Positions 37,446 through 51,814 of a DNA stretch of 64,000 nt are shown here, in pieces. The number at the start of each line of letters is the position of its first letter. The stretch's first letter is position 1. This stretch comes from Lama guanicoe (lineage: Eukaryota): NCBI GenBank assembly GCA_013239625.1, contig MU054187.1, forward strand, positions 7,784,358 to 7,848,357, in the 5' to 3' direction. The position numbers and the translations under genes are program-made. Below the pieces are notes generated by a model. That model made no database searches. It worked only from the letters and a program-made list of their open reading frames with translations, and had not been told where the DNA came from.

Positions 37446-40264
37446 TACTGGCCAGACATTTACAGGTTATGAAGTTCAAAATAGACCAAATCTCCCCAGG
37501 ACACTAGTGCTGTTTCTTGGGGTTATCAATTTCTTGTGTGCCCCAGAGACAGACTATGAGGGTACAAGCAAACACAGCCAACAGTTTAACTCCTTTCAAA
37601 GCTCTGTTCCCCAGAACAATAGCCCCCAGTCTCCCTGGCTTTGACCAGTTCACATCAGCACTGCCTTCTGTCAAGGTGTGAGGGGACGAAGGCGCGGTGG
37701 CCTTCCCCGTCCTTCTGCCGGAAACTCCTGCCAACTTCCACTGCTTCTAATTGTAGTATATGCCTTTTAAAACATTGGCTTAACAAAAGCTATTTAATTG
37801 TAGCTGTTCCCCCTTCTTTGGAACATTCTTTGCGGCTTTCTCTCACCATTAGCCAGTGCCTTAGGCGGTTACTAGAAAGGACTAAATTGAGTTGCTTTTG
37901 TTATTAGCTGTGGTGTGTGAGTCAGCTTACTGCTTCTAAAACAATTATAGGAGGAAGCTATTATTTTGAATAGAAATTTGAGTATATTTAGAAGAAAATG
38001 AACCATGTATTTTCTTCTGGCTGCCTCTGCTTCCCAATCTCATTTCAAAGATGAAAAGACTTAAAATGATTGTGAAGAGGGAGGGAGGGATAAAGAGAGG
38101 GTTGGATTGAAAGTAAGAGAAAGTGAGAGGCCAAGACGGAGAAATGTGTAGATAAGGACATGAGGATGCTCAGAGATCGGGAAAACGACATTTTAAATTT
38201 TATAGAACATACAGTTAAATTATTTTATTATCTTGAGATTGCTCCAAATGATAGGATTTGTGCTGACATACTATGCCAATCTGTATTAGCCTAAAGAGAT
38301 CAGTTCTGAATAGCTTCATTCTTTTAAAGATATGTAATATGTCCTGTGACTATTCCTGGGGAAATGATGCAGTATAATAAAATCATTGTTTGCGTATGTG
38401 TGTTTGTCCCAGATATGTCACACATGGTTTGGATTCCCAGTTTTTTTTTTTAAAATGAAATCTAAGCTGAAACTAAAACATAAAGCATGCTTTCTTTGAC
38501 CTAATTTATATCTAGCTAATAAGAGATTGATTTTTCCCCCTATGGTTCTAGTATTTGAACACCGTGGCTATGTCCCTTGGGTCACGAATAGTTCAGCAAG
38601 TTTTCATGCAAGTAATACTTGTGAAGAAACCATATTTTACTTGTTGTTTTGCTAAAGCTATATTCCAATTTAAGTCATCTTATATCCTTTTTGGAAGTAG
38701 GTAGAGTATATTTAAATTGGTAAGTAGTTAGTTTAGAATTTCACAGATTTTTAGCAGACAAGCTATGAAAATTGTCATCTGCGATGTGTTTATGATAAAG
38801 TCTCTGAAAGAATGTGATATATCCAAAAAGTTCTAAAGCAACGAGTTTAGGTGAGATTATCTTTGTTTAAGAGAAAATTTGAAAGCAATTCTTTCTTAGT
38901 CTTTCCATCCTCTTTTTCACTCTGGTTCATTCTGGAATAATTTTAAGGGTTAAAATATAACTCTATACAGCAAAGTATAATTAAACGATAGTGCACAGTC
39001 AAAATACAAACATTTAAACAATGATTCTGATAATTTCATCAACGTGAAATGCCAGTCTATCACTAGCATCCATTTTAGATAATTTTTTCCTGTTGCGCAG
39101 CTTTGGTTATGAACACTTTAAGTTCAGAAACCCCTAATAGTTCATCATTTACTCAGCCTGGCATTCTTGGGGCTTCAGGTTCTAATCTCCAGTCTCAGTG
39201 CCCACATCTCTCCTCACATCACCCTAGACCTCCCACAGTCCAGGCAAAGTGCTTTTCTGGGGTCTCCAGGCACTGGTGCCAATGGAAGTGAAAATGATTT
39301 GCTGGTTCCTTCGCTATCACTGGTCTCACGGGTGGTCTAACCATGGATCCAGGGTGAAAATGGCTTGGAGATGCTTTATTCTTTTGCTTTCTGGATTTCT
39401 ATTAGGACCTAAGCCTAACGCAGAGGTGAGGACACCTAGGGGATCTCTAAAAGTGAGTATTTGGCTTGAATTCCAATGCTCAGAGTCAGAGAGATCTAAG
39501 CATGATCTAACTGTGCTAACAAGACATTGAATGGTCCCAAGTGCAACTAGAGATCCTTCTTGTGCTAGTAGGTGGGTGATAAATGCTATAGCTACCTAGA
39601 GTTCACCAAGAAATGATAAGGTTACCTGATGAGAGCTCTTGGGATCTATCTCCAAATTTAACATTGCAGGTCAAATTTTCAGGTTCACTCCTCCATTGTC
39701 TTATTGAAATTAATTCTTATTATTACAGGATGCATTTCAGCTGAAAAGATAATGCATTTAAGATGACAGGTTTAGCCTAAATAAGCTGTTATTATAACTT
39801 ATTTCTTAGTGTGGAATTGGAGAATAACACGATCTACTTCCACAGTGCTACTTCCATACTCTGTAAGGTTTCCTAAGACTCTGCGAGGCTGAAAAGACTT
39901 TGCCCTCATCCCCTTAACCCAGTGCTTCCTGGAGGCATCACCTGGGTGCACTCGGAGATTGAAGACCTTTTTATATGAGGCTTAGGCTCCTTGTCTTCTG
40001 GTCATCATTCAGCCCAAGCATTGTCTTGATTCTCTGCAGTTTCATAATCTTTTACTATTAACAGGAACCATACCTAGTGTCATGTTCATATGTGTCACCA
40101 TGATAGAAAATAAAGGTATGCACAGCCAGAGACTGGCAGACTCACACACACACACAAACCCACTGGAATCAAATGGCCCTGTGTCAACAATGAACAGTAC
40201 GTGATGAAAACAGAAAGAAGAGAAAGAATTGAGAGGGGATGTTGAGCTTTTAAAATGGCATTTC

Positions 40265-40732
40265 CGAGACAGGAGGGGAGAGGGCAAGGCACAACCACTG
40301 AAGGAATGACACAGCAATGGAGGACAGGACAAACTGGTTACAACCAAGATGGCAGAAGATTCGACTTCCAGTAGACCGTGAGCCTCATGGCGCACCCACA
40401 GACGCCATGATAGTTCCTGGGCTGACCATAAAAAGTCAAAAGTGGGCAGGGACCCAATTCCTGGAAATACCCTCTCCTTCCCCAGCATAGTTGAAATAAT
40501 CATCCTACTGGTTAGCCTATCAAATTACTGAGCCCATAAAAACTAACAACCCTGCACCTCATGGTCGCTCTCTCTCTTGCCTTCTGAGACGGCCCACACT
40601 CTGTCTACGGAGGTGTATCTGCTTGTACTTTAAACAAAACATCCCCACACCTCTTGATCTCTCTCCTTCTCACCTTTTGAGACGGCCTGCATTCTGCCTA
40701 TGGAGTGTGTATCCCCCAAGCCGCTCTCCCTT
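40265..40732 (+). mobile_element. MER41-like ERV1 LTR, 3'-truncated
   Basis: MER41 hallmark blocks AACCAAGATGGC, CCCACAGACGCCATGATAGTT, CCCATAAAAA and CTCTGTCTACGGAG; alignable by eye with 53263-53763 and with 51815-52448 (-). Confidence 0.8.
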
Positions 40733-41892
40733 ATGTCACCTTAAATAATTGAAGTTCCCCAAAGTCTGCCCTCGGGGTTCCTGTCTTCTTCCTCTGCTCT
40801 TCTTAATGCTGTCATGCCCATCCTGAACAGAGATGCATACCGCTGCTCTTTGCTTTCTATCGACTACAGAAGTTACCATTTTTTTCCCCTCATTAAACCT
40901 GGAAGTAAATTCAGACTCAGTACAGCTTCTAGGAAGGCACCACCAGTTTATCTGAGTTGCTACACAAGATGAACGTTCTAGCTCTTACTGACAGGAACTG
41001 AGGACGTGAAAGAGCTACACGCTTGTCTTGGTTTCAGATCCAACTACTAAATGAAAGTCATCGCCAGGCTTTGCAATGCACCCAAAGCCATCTTTTATGG
41101 CCTTCTCTAACTCTTACTAATCTTTGAGAGTAGATATACAGATATCACTTTATTTCAGTTAATAAATTTAGTATACTTCTATTAATTATGCAAGCCAGAA
41201 AACTTGAAGTCCTCTTCTCTTTCTCCCTTCAGAATAATTGAACTTCCTAAAACTTGTCTGGATTTCTCTCTCTGCTTCATCAGCACTGAGTCACTTCAGA
41301 CAGCGGGATTTTCTCTCATAGACAAGAGTGCTCTGATAGTGTTCTTAACACTCTGGTCTTTCTACCCGTCATATTTTCAGTCCTACAAATTACCAACAAG
41401 GTTATCTTCAGGGATAAAACAGTAAAGATTCAAAATCAAATAACAACAAATGGACAAGTTAAGCTCTCTTATCTAAAAATCTGTTGGTAACCTGTTGCCT
41501 CAACAGAACGTATCTCACATCTTTTATAATATACCATTAGCACTTTGTGTTTCTTCTCTCCTTTTCTTTCACATTCCTCCCGTGCTCCAAGATGTACATT
41601 TTTCTCATCTTGATGCTTTGTGTGTACTCCCCTCCTGTCTGACATATCCCTGCCCACTTGGGGCTCTTCCCTTGTTGAGAACCATAGTCACTGGACAGTG
41701 TTGCTATGTCCCAAACCTCTATAATTCCCAGTCCCAGGGACTGAGACTTAAAATTACTTGTTTTCTTTTTAAACCTTTCACCTCACAATCCATTCTGTAT
41801 GATAAATTCAATCTTCTTACTCAGTCCTTTCCCATAACTATAGGGTCATCCACCAGCTGTTTGTTTTCTCTGAACCCTAAAACACATTTAAA

Positions 41893-42644
41893 AGTGTTGG
41901 AAAAGAGGGAACCCTCTTACACTGTTGGTGGGGATGTAATTTAGTGCAGGCACTATGGAAAACGGTATGGAGATTCCTTAAAAAACCAAAAACAGACTTA
42001 CCGTATGATCCAGCAGTCACACTCCTGGACATATATTGTAAGGAAACTCTAAGTCAACAAGATGACATGCATCCCAGTGTTCACAGCAGCACTATTTACA
42101 ACAGCCAAGATATGGAAGCAAACTAAATGTTCATGGACAGATGATCAAAGAAGTTGTAGTATATAAACACAATCAAATACTACTCAGCCATTAAAAAGAA
42201 TGAAATACTGCCATTTGCAGCAACATGGATGGACCTTGAGATTGTCATACTAAGTGAAGTAAGCCAGAAAGAGAAACAAAAGTACCATATGATATCATTC
42301 ATATGTGGAATCTAAAAAATGACACAGATGAACTTATTTACAAAACAGAAACAGACTCACAGACAGAGAAAACAAACTCATGGTTACCAAAGGGGAAAGA
42401 AGGGGACAGATAAGTTAGGGGTTTGGGATTTGCAGATACAAACTACTATATATAAAACAGATAAGCAAAAGTGTTCTACTGTACAGCACAGGGAACTATA
42501 TTTAATGTCTTGTAATAACCTATAGTAGAAAAGAAAATGAAAAAGAATATGTATATATGTATAACTGAATCACTCTTCTGTACACCAGAAACTAACACAA
42601 CATTGTATATCAGCCATGCTTCGATAAAAATAAATAAATAAATC
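41893..42644 (+). mobile_element. Lineage-specific L1 3' end with TSD
   Basis: ORF2 C-terminal remnants ([25 protein letters not shown]...[10 protein letters not shown]), 3'UTR, A-rich tail, and a perfect 13-bp TSD AAACACATTTAAA (41880-41892 / 42645-42657). Confidence 0.95.
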
Positions 42645-43224
42645 AAACACATTTAAAGGCGTCACTAGCCGCTGTCAAGTTTCTGCAGTGTCTGGGTATG
42701 ATGATAAAGGACTGAGACGAGACCGCCTTCTTGGTTTATATCATGGATGACTGGATGGATGGTGGGGAAACCAACTGATACGGAGAATATCTGGAGAAGC
42801 GGCTAATGAGCTCGTTTTGGACGTGATGGGGACACTCACAGGCGTTGTTCAGTAGGCACCGCTCAGCAGGGCAGCTCTGGGAAGAAAGCGCCCTCCTGGA
42901 GACCAGCCTGGAAGCTGGCCTTCAATCTGGCTCTCCGGGCTGCTAGAGTGATGTGTTTCTAAAACACAAATGCGAATCATGTCTACAATTTGTCAACAAC
43001 TAGCCCTAGTTATCAGGATAAATTCACACTCCCCATCCTTAAATTAACATTATCAAGGAAAACATCGTGTGGCTGGGCTTTTTGTCATCAAACTGTTGCT
43101 GTTAGAGTTCAGCTTTCAGCAGTGACAGATTGTCAACTCTCCACCGGGACATCGCAATTAGAAACTCTAGACAAAATATTTAAAAACAGCTATTTGAAGG
43201 CACTGGAAAATGAGCAAAATTGAG

Positions 43225-43520
43225 TATATACTACATGATTCCACTTACATGAAACTCTTAAAGATGCAAACGAACTGATGGTATCAGAAAGCACATCAGT
43301 GGTTGCCGGAGGGAGTCAGGCAGGTAGAGCGAAGAGAGTGGGGTTACAGAGGGGCACTTGAAAACTTCTGGGTGTGATGGATGTGTTCAATAACTTGATC
43401 ATAGTGATGGTTTCCTGAATGTGTGTCTGTGTTTATACATATATGTGCACAAAACTTGCCACATGGTACATTTCATGTGCTGTTTATGGCATGTCAATAA
43501 TTCTTCAATTAAGTTGTTTA
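43225..43520 (+). mobile_element. Old L1ME-like 3'UTR fragment
   Basis: ATACTACATGATTCCACTTACATGAAACTCT...ATCAGTGGTTGCC...AACTTCTGGGTGTGATGGATGTGTTC. Confidence 0.75.
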
Positions 43521-43617
43521 CCAAAAGAACCCTATTGTCTTCATACACTCAGAGATACTGCAAATCAATAAGAAAAACATCTCAATTAAAAAAAAATAGG
43601 TAAAAACATTTCACAAG

Positions 43618-43970
43618 TTTTATTAGTTTCCTATTACTGTAGCAAAAAAATACCACAGGCCTTGAAATAACACAAGTTTATGTTAGTGGCCACCTGTTCT
43701 GGGGGTTTGTACTTCCTCATGCATCTTCACAGCACATCACCCCAATTCCTGCTGCCATCATCACATCACTTGCTCCTCTAACCCTGATTCCTCTTGGGAC
43801 CCTCTTTTTACCAATTGTGATTACATCAGGCCCAACCAGATAGTATAGGGTAATTTTCCCATCTCAAGATTCACACCCACAAAATCCCTTTGGCTGTGCA
43901 ACGTAACATTGGCAGGGCCTAAGGATTAGGACATGGACATATGTGTGGGGCCATTATTCATTTATCACAC
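43618..43970 (-). mobile_element. ERVL-MaLR LTR (MLT1C/D-like), internally deleted
   Basis: TATTAGTTTCCTATTACTGTAGCAAA...TTGTGATTACATCAGGCCCAACCAGATA...CCCATCTCAAGAT...GGATTAGGACATGGACATA...GGCCATTATTC. Confidence 0.8.
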
Positions 43971-46900
43971 AAGAGGAGAAATAAAACCAGTCAATAATGA
44001 ACATGAAAAGTATTCCTCCGCCTTGGTTCTCAGTGAATAAGACATTAAAATTTGATGATAGTTGTTCTCTGTCAATTTGATAAAGTTTTCAAAAATGATA
44101 AAACCCAGTGTTGGCATTCTTACAGGGAAACAATCATACGCAAGATTAGAATGAAAGACACACAAGACAGGTATTCTTTAATAACCATGGTTACCTCTTG
44201 CTGGTGAGATTGCAGGCAATCTTAACTTTCTTTTATGCGCTTGAAGTATTTTCAAAATTTATTATTTAAAAATTGAGAGATACAAAGGATTTTTTGAAGA
44301 TGTCATTCTTTTCAACCTGTAAGCCAGACCACCTGGAGAGGTGGTATTTGCTCTTCTTTGTGATTTAACCAGCGAGTATAAACACTTTTCCACTGGAATA
44401 TTGAGGTTGATGGTCCAGTTCAAATAACCACCAAACTTTGTCATTGGTATGGATGTCACTTATCACCACACACAATATTTCATGAAAGAAAGTTCTAGTT
44501 ATATTAACTGTGCGTATAGGAATAAAGTGCATCAGAAACGCAAGTACCCTTTAGCAAATGTTCAGGTTTTATATTTTGTATAATATTGTAAATGTATATA
44601 CTATAATTTAAATTATGTATAAATGATTCCCGTAGTGCTCAAGGATAAGGGAAGGTGACACATTTGATTTCAATGTATTCTTTTAAAAATATGACTGTTT
44701 AAAAATGAACTTCGACTATGTATTAAAAGTTATGAAAATGAAACATAATAAAAAATGTGCCACACGTTTTATGAAGTACCATGTTTAGAATCATTGAATG
44801 TCTTCCTTGAACACAAGCCTGCTTTAATTTGACCATGAAAAACATTCACAGATCCACCAGGGACACAAGTTCTTGGGACAGTGGATTATTCTGTGAGAAA
44901 TTTGCTTTGGCTTAAAAAGTTTTCAGCTCACTGTGGGAGTTCTCCCCTACTACAGAGAATTTTTTTTTTCTAAATGTTCAATTGCATTTTTATTTTTGTT
45001 TCATACATAATGAAAGCTTCTTAGGGGGCCTTTTTCTAAGCATCCTTAGAAAATAAGTTGTCAAAAAGTGGGGAAGCATTAGGGTTCCCAACTCATTGAC
45101 AGAGTAATGAAGGAGATATTCATTTATCCTTTCAATAAAAATTGAGTACTTCTGAGGTGAAGAATGTACTTAACCTGAAAGGGGTCAAGCGTAGTATCCT
45201 TGAAACTTTGATTACTGGATAGTAGCTGTTATTCCCTGAAGTTTGTTGTGATGAGAAGACAGTTCCAGCGGTGGTAAATCTTGGAGGTTGTAGCCATAAC
45301 TTCTCTTTCTGTGGGTAGCATTGGCATGTCCATAATGACATTCATTACATTTGGCTTCAGGCCTTTCAGAAGCTGTCTTCCCAGCCAGTGGCGAATTCAT
45401 CATTGTCATTGCCGGTCATCTGGGCACATGCACCTCCTGTAATTGTTCCGCTGAGTTAGCTCCCATTTTATAGCATTGCACAGTCCCTCTCCAAGGATTC
45501 AGTCTTCCGTGATAGAATTGTTTTCTTACACAACTCAAAAGTCATGTGTCCATTAACTACTTTCAGTTTCTTGACTAGCACAAAAAACTTCAGCCAATCT
45601 GACTTCTTTCTCCTTGGCCTCTCGAACTTTTCTCAGAGTCTCAGAAGTGGACTCCAGAAAAGAAATATGCAATTGGGCATGATTTAGGTTGTGGATTATT
45701 AGGAAGATTGGAAATAATTTCAACTCAAATTGAAAGCACTAAGTATTTGAAGAGGAATTTATATTGAAGAAATCAAAATCTTCAAAATCTAGAATGGTAG
45801 TTTGTTCTGAAGCAATTGATTTTTCATTATTGGTTAGAGCAATCATAGATAACACTCATTGTGGGTTCAAGATTCCTGTAGTTGGAAGACATACACTGGG
45901 TAAAAATCTCTTCATTCCTTCTTCCAAATCTCTCTAAGGGGTTTCAGGCCCTTAGAAAAAGAAGAATTCGAGTTAGGCAGACCTAATTCAGCCAACCAGC
46001 CATCTAAAAAGTCAGAAAAGAGGTAACAGTGAGCCGGACTCCTTTACTTCCTTACATCGAAGAACAAGAGCTTCAGATAATCTTTGGACAATGATTGAGC
46101 GGGGAGAAACACAAAGGAATTGAATTAGCTATCTCTACATATTGATTAATAGCTTTTAAGCCCATCAGTCAGACTTTAATTTCTGTGTGTGGGGTGTTTA
46201 CCATGAGCCCCCAATCCACCTGCTTGGATTACCTCACAACCCACAAGAGAATCAGCAGCTAGTGGTCGAAATTGTAATTAGAATCAGGCAGAAATATTTC
46301 ATGGTAGGGGGAGGGGGGAGGGGTGTGTGGGGGGGGCAAACCCTCCAGCCCCTTCTATGTAAGTTTTTCACTATAGATGATGAAGAATCATCACATTTCA
46401 GCCAATTACCTCTGAAGTAACAGAAAGTATATATGTAAAGGAATAATCAAAGATTTTTAGAGATTTGAGCTCTATTTCTTCCTTCTTCATAAAGTGGTCA
46501 GTAAAATACAGATGGTAGGTTTATTAGTCACACAGTCTCTAATTTTAATAAAACTGGAGTGTGGTCAGAGGTGAGCCCTGTCTTGAATACCCAATGTATA
46601 TCCCATCGTATTTCTGTTCTGTGGACGAAGAGTCTTAGAGAAACAAGTAGTGTCTATGTTGGAGTATAAATGAACAAAAAGTTCCATTTAATTATATTTA
46701 TTTTCTTTTTTGAATGATGTTGCTAAAATAGATGTTTTCTGTGGGAGTTTTATAACATTTTGGGGGGGCGTTAGTTTTATTGTAAAATTTACTTCCAGGA
46801 AATGGTCACTGTTGCAGTCTTTGTTCAAAGCATTTAGTTTATTTCTAGGTACAACTCTTTAAATTATCCTCTGGTTAAAAATGTAGCTTTAATTCCAAGA

Positions 46901-47184
46901 GACAGATGTCTTGAAAAGCTTTCATGGTTTTGGATAGCTATCCTGTTGTAAAAGATATAGTGATACCGCTTTTAAGATGTGACTTAAAAACTTAGTTTTT
47001 GAAAGCACAGAAATTAATTAAATCCAAGATATATAAGGAAAATTTCAGTGTTATATGAAATAAAACTGGAAAACACCACCACTGAGTGGAATTGGAGACT
47101 TGGTCATTACACATGAGGGGCCATGAGCTGAATTAGTTTCACAAAATTCGTGCATGGACAGACCAAAATGGGGAAAGCTGCTCT

Positions 47185-47970
47185 GATACTATGATTTATA
47201 ATAACAGATAGATAGATTTGGTCTTCGTCCCCATTTCTGGCACAGAGCTCCAAAAATCCTTGGCATTTCCTAAATTATGAGAGTGATAAATGTGTCTTTT
47301 GTTATATTAATAGGGCGACTTTTGGAAAGCACCTAGGGGTGGGGGCTGCTTGTCAGGAAAACCCATCATGTGATTAGAGGGTTGGAATTTTCAGTTACAC
47401 CCCCACCTCAGCCTGGTCCAAGGAGGGGAGAGGAGCTGGAGATTGAACCAATCACCAATGGCCAATGAGTTAACCATCCCTGCTGATGTAATGAAGACTC
47501 CATAAAACTCCAAAGGACGGGGTTCAGAGAGCTTCTGGATTGGCGAACGCATGGAGATGTGGAGGGAGTGGCACCTGAAGAGGGAATGGAAGCTCTAAGC
47601 CCTTACCATGTGCCCTGCCCTATACATCTCTGCTATCTGGCTGTTCCTCAGCTCTATCCTTTTGCGAAAAACCACTAATCAAGCAAGTAAAATGTTTCTC
47701 TGAGTTCTAGGAGTCACTCTAGAAAATTACTTGAACCCAAGGCAGGGGTCATTGGAACCTGTGATCTATGGCTGGTTCGTCAGAAGCACAGGTGACAACC
47801 TGGACTTGTGACTGGCATCTTAAGTGGGAGCAGGAGGATTCTTGTGAGACTGAACCTGTGGGATCTGATCTAGCTCGGGTCAGAATTGAGTTGAATTGGA
47901 GGACACCCAGCTGGTATTCCAAGAATTACCTCCTAGTGGGGGAACTCCCTGCACTGAAATTGTGTGCAGA
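47185..47970 (+). mobile_element. MER21-like LTR
   Basis: TTTGGTCTTCGTCCCCATTTCTGGCACAGAGCTCC, GTGATTAGAGGGTTGGAA, AATCACCAATGGCCAATGA, GGGTTCAGAGAGCTTCTGG and AGAATTGAGTTGAATTGGAGGACACCCAGCTGG all match remembered MER21 features. Confidence 0.85.
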
Positions 47971-49699
47971 ACCCCAAAGAGCAACATATCTTGCCTATTT
48001 GATGGTATGGTCCTACATCTCTGCTCATCTCTATGGATTGCTTGCTCCTAAAATGTTCAGTTCATTTCTTCTCTCATTTTTCTGCCATATTAATATCTTG
48101 GTTCTTTAACTCCTTGGGCAGTGATTAATACCTCTCTTGGTGTAGTAGAAAGAGCCTTGCCTTGGACTTTTGTATTTGTCAGTTACCGAGGTAAACTTCT
48201 TAATATCTCCGGGCTTCAGGTTCCTGATACGTAAAATGAAGAGGAGCTTGAGAAGACCTGCAAGCTCTACGATCCTTTCTGCACACATAGCTTAGCATTC
48301 TCACAATGTTCCTTGCTGAGTAGCAGTTTCAAGAATGGATGCTCTGCCTCTCTAATTAGACCATAAGATTTCCAGGAGCATACACTGGGACTTCTTTTTC
48401 CTTTGTACGTTATAGCTTCTAGCACAGTTCTAAGTATATTATAGATGTTCAATAAATGTTCATTGATTAGTGTACTGAAGCCCTTTGGGGCAGAGTTTCA
48501 TTTCACATCATTACTACCAACAATCTAGTTAGTGCAGAAGTGAATACATAAAGCAATTACCAGGAAATTAATAGATGGAAAGAAAAGAAAAACAAACAAG
48601 GCAACAAAAATGACTCTACATTATCTGTGTTACCTGATAATTACCTACATTTGCAGTTTGCTCCATGTCCCTTAGTAAGTGATACCAATAATTTAAAGTA
48701 CAATTGGGGGGAAAATTGTGAGGGTAAAGATTATCTTAAAGAAATGATTCTTTTTTATATTTTTTAAAATACTTATTTTTAAATTTTTAATTTTTTTTTA
48801 CTATTTTTGTTTTGCTGAAACCATTACTTTGAAGGTTCAGAATTTAACCATATACAATTTATTACTTTAATTACCTGAAGGAATGGTAAATCTAAGTCTT
48901 TGAAACCACCCTTTAATCACAATTAGCTTGAAGAACAAATGTGATTTTCAAGATATTCCAAGTATTCTGACTTTGCTTGATAAACACTGAACCAAAGATC
49001 AAGAGAAAAAAAAAAAGATTCTTAATTTGGGGAGTGGAGCAGAAATGGGGCACTCTAAGAATCTGATGTCAGCTATGGGCTTTCTCCAAGATGGTTTACA
49101 GATTCCTTACTGCTTGTTATGGAAATACACGTTTTCCCAAAACCCACATGTGGGTCCCATGTTTCATTTTAAAAGGGTTTTCTTTAAAGGGCGTGTGCTG
49201 GAGAGAGTAGTCATCGCTGTGCCACTCAGAGCCCTTTTGAAATGAGAAAATGTCTTCTAGTGTGCAGCATTGAAACAGCAGTGGACATGTCTTAATAATC
49301 TGTGCAAGAACTACTTTAAACAAAGACAGAGAGGCCAATTGGATTCCTTCTTTGAGAGTTGGAAATTGAGGCAAAATTTTAAATTCAAGTCAGTTGGTAG
49401 TGTATTCTAGAATGAGAAATCCATTTGGTGTTGGGAGATGGAGTGGACAATTTCGAACAATGCATAAACTAAAGAAGAAGCAGAGAAAGGCATTTGGTAG
49501 AAAAAAAAACATACAGGAAAAAATGATGAACGACATATGCAGAGAAGAAAAATCAAAGGCTCACATAGCCTGTAAGTAAAAGAGAGTATGACCTGGGTTC
49601 CTGGTAGCTTTCCAATACTCATGAGATTCACTTGCTGTTCTTGGACGCTGTCCAAACTTCGACTCTTTGACAACCTTTTCCTATTTCCCTCATCCACAC

Positions 49700-49702
<3 letters not shown>

Positions 49703-49738
<36 letters not shown>
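49703..49738. repeat. (AC)18 microsatellite
   Basis: Perfect dinucleotide run, seen directly. Confidence 0.97.
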
Positions 49739-49740
<2 letters not shown>

Positions 49741-50457
49741 GGTCACCATTTTCTTGAACTAATTTGAAATTGGTCTATTTCTCACAGCCCAAACCTCTCT
49801 GACTAGAACAGCCAGTAACATAAGATGCTTTCTATGCTGTTTATGCAACGTAGAAAGCAGGATTCTTTCTCAAGGTGGAAATGTTCATGGTGCAGTTATT
49901 TTTCATAATATACTTAGACAGTGAAGGTTCTATGTGACTGTTAAAGATTTCTGTATTCCTACATTTTTAATATTTAGACTATTCCCTCTAAATAATTTGT
50001 AATTTATTTTGTGGAAATAAATGAAGTTACATGGTAGCTAAAAGTTCATTAGTGTGGCAAAAAATTACATAAAAAATAAACTTTATGTGCCTCAAAAATA
50101 AAAATTTTGATACAATTTTCAAAAAAACCTTCTAAACAAGCCACTGTTAATATAAAAAAAATTTCTAGCAAACACATTTTACCAAATAAAATATTTCTGT
50201 AGTAGAAACAATTATGTTTTGTATTTGAAGAGATACAATTATTAATACAAATATTATATGATATGTGAAGACATTCACTTTTCTAATTGTCCATGTTTCA
50301 TGTTTATATCTTTTCTTTTAATATATTTTCAGCTATTGGATTGTGTCTTGAAATTTTATCCCTGCAAGTCTCACATAGTCTTGAGCTTATTTAATTCCAT
50401 GGTACATATTCAAGGGGCATATAGTAAATATTAACACAAATTCTGTTAACTGTAAAA

Positions 50458-50582
50458 TTTTTTAAATTTTTTTGAGGGAGGTTAATTAGGTTTATTTAAT
50501 TTTAATGGAGGCACTGGGGATTGAACCCAGGACCTCCTGCGTGCTAAGCACACACTCTACCACTGAGCTACCCCCTTCCCCC
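50458..50582 (-). mobile_element. Camelid tRNA-Ala-derived SINE (vic-type), full length
   Basis: Minus strand reads GGGGGAAGGGGGTAGCTCAGTGGTAGAGTGTGTGCTTAGCACGCAGGAGGTCCTGGGTTCAATCCCCAGTGCCTCCA, then AAATAAACCTAATTAACCTCCC and an A-rich tail; A-box and B-box present. Confidence 0.9.
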
Positions 50583-51814
50583 TCCTTTAACTTTTGAAAG
50601 CTTTTAATGGGCTGTGCCACTGTTCTCCCAAGGGCTATACTCAGAAATGTATCCTTTCTTCTTAAAAAATTGTATTTTGCACAATCCTTTTTTATGAATG
50701 GATTTATTTTTATTCTGGAAACCCCATTAAATGGAACACATGTAAATTCAGTGTGGCTTTGTAACTGTGTCTGAGTATGTGCTGTCTGTTAAGAACTACC
50801 AGAAGCTGGCTGCTCTTTCATTCTAATTAGCAGCAGCATCCTTTCCTTGTCTTTTGTGGCCAGTGAGAAGATGAGAATTTCTTCCCTATGTAAGTCACGG
50901 ATGTTTCGTGTTGCTGTGGCAGATACCATGGAACGTATGGAAAAGAAGGAGGGAGGCCATGAGTGCAGCGAGAGTCACATGTTGTCAGTGACTCAATGTA
51001 TGGCTCATGTATTCAGTAGACTTGCCAGCATAAAAGGACATTTTCTGGCTTTCAGCAAAGCGGACATAGAAGGGACTCACAATCTACTAACATGTAGATT
51101 TCATGACTATATCAAAACGATAAAGGATGATTTTCTTTCACTCTTGCAAGTTTGCTTTTTGTGAATTTCTGATCATAAGAAGATGAAAGGATCTCACCTG
51201 GATCCAAAATAAAAAAAATGCAATTCCTATTTACCTGTTGTAGTGCTAAATATTTTGAGGTATTTGAATTTAAAAACTTGACTAATTTGTCCAACTCTCT
51301 ATTGTAAAAACATATTCTTGAATGTGCGTAAGACAAAAATAGTGTAACTAGTTTTCAAAAAATTAATTGTTGATTAAAATAGACAATGATGTAATATTTA
51401 GGAAACAGAAATCAATGAAAAGACATAGAGGTTGGATTTTTGACTCAACCCCACAATGAACTTCAGGTGCTGCACCATAGGTGGCTCATCCTCAGGATCT
51501 CTCCATCTCTTCATTTAAGGGCAGATAAGCTATTCAGGTACAGTAATTCCAAAGCATACTAAAGGGACAACATAGAGGGGATTAGCTATGTAGTGAGAGG
51601 ATAAAGCTTGTGCTTCTCCAACAGCTTAAAAAACATATCATTGCATAGTAGTGTCCTGCTGAGTACATGCCTTCTAGAAGTCATTCAGTCATTTCTTTCT
51701 CATATATGTTTGAAAGTCTACTAGACCCTGGAAATATGCAGAGAATAAGACAAAGAGACTCTCCTTTGAGGGGAAGATTTCACTGTAGCATCGATGTAAG
51801 TTAAAAACTGAGGC

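Noticed and set aside
40042..40503. 153-aa minus-strand ORF with a similar ORF at 53193-53393, suggesting a paralogous gene pair
   Set aside because: The similarity is only the antisense reading of two copies of the same LTR family.
45132..45640. Several short minus-strand ORFs ending near a possible donor (TTCAG/GTTAAG, about 45175)
   Set aside because: Every frame is interrupted by stops over the stretch and no homolog is recognisable. I cannot support an exon or pseudogene call without a search.
50506..50577. tRNA-Ala(AGC) gene on the minus strand
   Set aside because: The acceptor stem does not pair, and the body is followed by a SINE tail and A-rich end rather than an oligo-T terminator. 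It is a tRNA-derived SINE.
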